From: a bacterium
GTDB lineage: Bacteria; Zhuqueibacterota; Zhuqueibacteria; Oceanimicrobiales; Oceanimicrobiaceae
DNA length: 44,320 nt
Direction of reading: 5' to 3'
NCBI GenBank assembly: GCA_046756745.1
Contig: JBHHWX010000001.1
Span: 1-44,320 of the forward strand
The notes beneath the pieces were generated by a model, which saw nothing but the letters and a program-made list of their open reading frames with translations, was not told the DNA's origin and ran no database searches. The position numbers were made by a program, and so were the translations under genes. Positions 42,678-44,320 of this stretch are shown piece after piece (within the stretch, counting starts at the first letter, position 1; every line of letters begins with the position of its first letter).

Positions 42678-44300
42678 TTATTTTTCTCCCATCAAATGCT
42701 CTTTAAACGTTTCCCGAAGCTCACTTTTTTTGAATTTGCCCACGCTGGTTTTGGGAATTTCTTTTACAAAAACCACAGCATCCGGCAGCCACCATTTGGG
42801 GAATGATTTTGCCAGAAACTCTGTCAGCTCATCTTTGGAGGCGGATTTGCCTGCTGCCAAAACCACCACAGCTAAGGGCCGCTCCTGCCACTTGGGATGA
42901 GGAACGGCAATAACAGCAGCTTCGGCAACGGATTCATGGCCCATCAGCGTATTTTCCAGATCTACCGAGCTTATCCACTCCCCGCCGGATTTAACCAGAT
43001 CCTTCGACCTGTCCTTGATTTCCATGTAACCGTGCTCATCGATGGTGGCGATATCGCCGGTTTTGAACCAGCCGTCTTCGGTGAATTTATCTGAACTGTC
43101 CTCTGATTTGTAATACGCGGAAGCAATCCACGGACCGCGAATTTCTAACTCTCCCATGCTTTGGCCGTCGAAAGGCGCCAGTCCCTCTTCTCCGCGCACG
43201 CGCAGCTCAACCATGGGACAGGCGACTCCTTGTTTTGCACGAAAATCATACTGCGCTTCGCTGCTGAGATTTTTAAGCTCGTTTTTCATGTTGCTGATAG
43301 TGCCCAAGGGGGAGGTTTCGGTCATGCCCCAGGCGTGCACAACTTTGAGATTGTGACGCCGCTCAAATCCCTGGATCATGCTCTTGGGGGCGGCGGCGCC
43401 TCCGACAACGAGCGTACGCATGCTGGAGAGATCATAAGCGCTTGGATTCTTATCGAGAATCTCCAGCATCCCAAACCAGATGGTCGGGACTCCGGCGGTA
43501 ATCGTGACCTTCTCTGCTGCATACGCCTCCAGCAGACTCAACGGGTCGAGATGCGGTCCCGGATACACAAGTTTGGTTCCGCACATGACGGCTGTAAACG
43601 GAATGCCCCAGGCATTGACATGGAACATCGGCACAACCGGTAAGATGACGTCGGAATCGCTGGTGCCCAGGGTTGCGGTCATGGCGCCAGCCATCGAGTG
43701 GAGCACCATAGAGCGATGTGAGTACACAACCCCCTTTGGCCTGCCAGTGGTGCCAGAAGTGTAGCACATGGCGGTCGCATTATTCTCATCCCAGTCCGTG
43801 TATTCGAATTGGTTGGCGTCCTCACCTTCGAGAAGCTCTTCGTAATTTAACATGCCCTCAGGCGTCTGGCCGTTGCGAGAAATCACGATGACGTGCTCAA
43901 ATCTTACCTTATCCTTGAACGAATCGTACAAGGGCAGCAAATTGTCATCGATGACCAGCACCTTATCGCCGGCATGTTCGACGATATAAGCGAGGTCCTC
44001 AGGTCCCAGCCGGAGATTCAGCGTATGCAGAACGCCTCCCATAGCCGGGATGCCGTAGTAGAGCTCATGATGTTGATAGTGATTCCAGCAGAACGTCGCC
44101 ACCCGCTCGCCAGCCTTCACCCCGACTCGTTTGAGTGCTAGGGCAAGCTTTTTGGTGCGATTTATCCAATCAGCGTAGGTATAGCGATGATACGATTTGT
44201 CAGGCTGCCGTGTAACGATTTCCTGATTGCGGAACAGAAACTCTGCGCGGCGCATAATCGTCGTCAGAGTTAATGGGTAATCCATCATTAAACCTTGCAT
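42678..44300 (-). CDS. AMP-dependent acyl-CoA synthetase (fatty-acid--CoA ligase)
   Basis: AMP-binding motif YTSGTTGRPKGV, plus GWFKTGD and KDLVKSGGEWIS blocks; 540 aa. Confidence 0.9.
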   Translation of the reverse strand: MQGLMMDYPLTLTTIMRRAEFLFRNQEIVTRQPDKSYHRYTYADWINRTKKLALALKRVGVKAGERVATFCWNHYQHHELYYGIPAMGGVLHTLNLRLGPEDLAYIVEHAGDKVLVIDDNLLPLYDSFKDKVRFEHVIVISRNGQTPEGMLNYEELLEGEDANQFEYTDWDENNATAMCYTSGTTGRPKGVVYSHRSMVLHSMAGAMTATLGTSDSDVILPVVPMFHVNAWGIPFTAVMCGTKLVYPGPHLDPLSLLEAYAAEKVTITAGVPTIWFGMLEILDKNPSAYDLSSMRTLVVGGAAAPKSMIQGFERRHNLKVVHAWGMTETSPLGTISNMKNELKNLSSEAQYDFRAKQGVACPMVELRVRGEEGLAPFDGQSMGELEIRGPWIASAYYKSEDSSDKFTEDGWFKTGDIATIDEHGYMEIKDRSKDLVKSGGEWISSVDLENTLMGHESVAEAAVIAVPHPKWQERPLAVVVLAAGKSASKDELTEFLAKSFPKWWLPDAVVFVKEIPKTSVGKFKKSELRETFKEHLMGEK

Positions 44301-44320
44301 AACCTTCCTCCTTTAGTTAG

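Overview
This is mostly a core-genome window from a Gram-negative bacterium. It is probably an uncultivated FCB-type lineage, because two large secreted proteins end in Por/T9SS-like C-terminal sorting domains and BamD-like, YbgF-like and OM beta-barrel proteins are present. About 35 CDS are credible. In order they are: bamD-nadD; a tightly coupled run of plsC, an 80-aa hyper-acidic ORF, a biotinyl-domain protein, Asp racemase, a T9SS metalloprotease and a TPR lipoprotein; class II RNR nrdJ (minus strand) with a sigma70-like promoter and NrdR-box-like palindromes; the riboflavin genes ribD, ribE-ribBA and ribH; a propeller-repeat T9SS protein, recN, murA and a ybgF-like gene; dnaE; a Yip1-like membrane protein; an OM beta-barrel protein; a seven-gene nuoA-H-J-K-L-M-N cluster; an M14 carboxypeptidase; a minus-strand nfeD-SPFH-RNaseH-like/TPR operon; an S58/DmpA peptidase; and an acyl-CoA synthetase. 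No rRNA, tRNA or CRISPR array was seen. Nearly every long intergenic spacer is filled with short palindromic repeat modules, and several occur in two copies within the window. I cannot point to a clear-cut novel multi-gene system such as a defence island. The best candidates for follow-up are: (1) the nuo cluster, which encodes only membrane-arm subunits, with no room for nuoB/C/D/I; (2) the hyper-acidic ORF, 51 of 80 residues D/E with no K/R, translationally coupled on both sides; (3) ribH broken by a 1-nt frameshift in an A7 run, in a rib locus also split by an IS4-family transposase relic; (4) the mosaic palindromic repeat cassettes that flank promoter-like cores; and (5) an RNase H-like/TPR gene appended to the NfeD-stomatin pair. 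All functional calls come from motif recognition by eye; no database search was possible.
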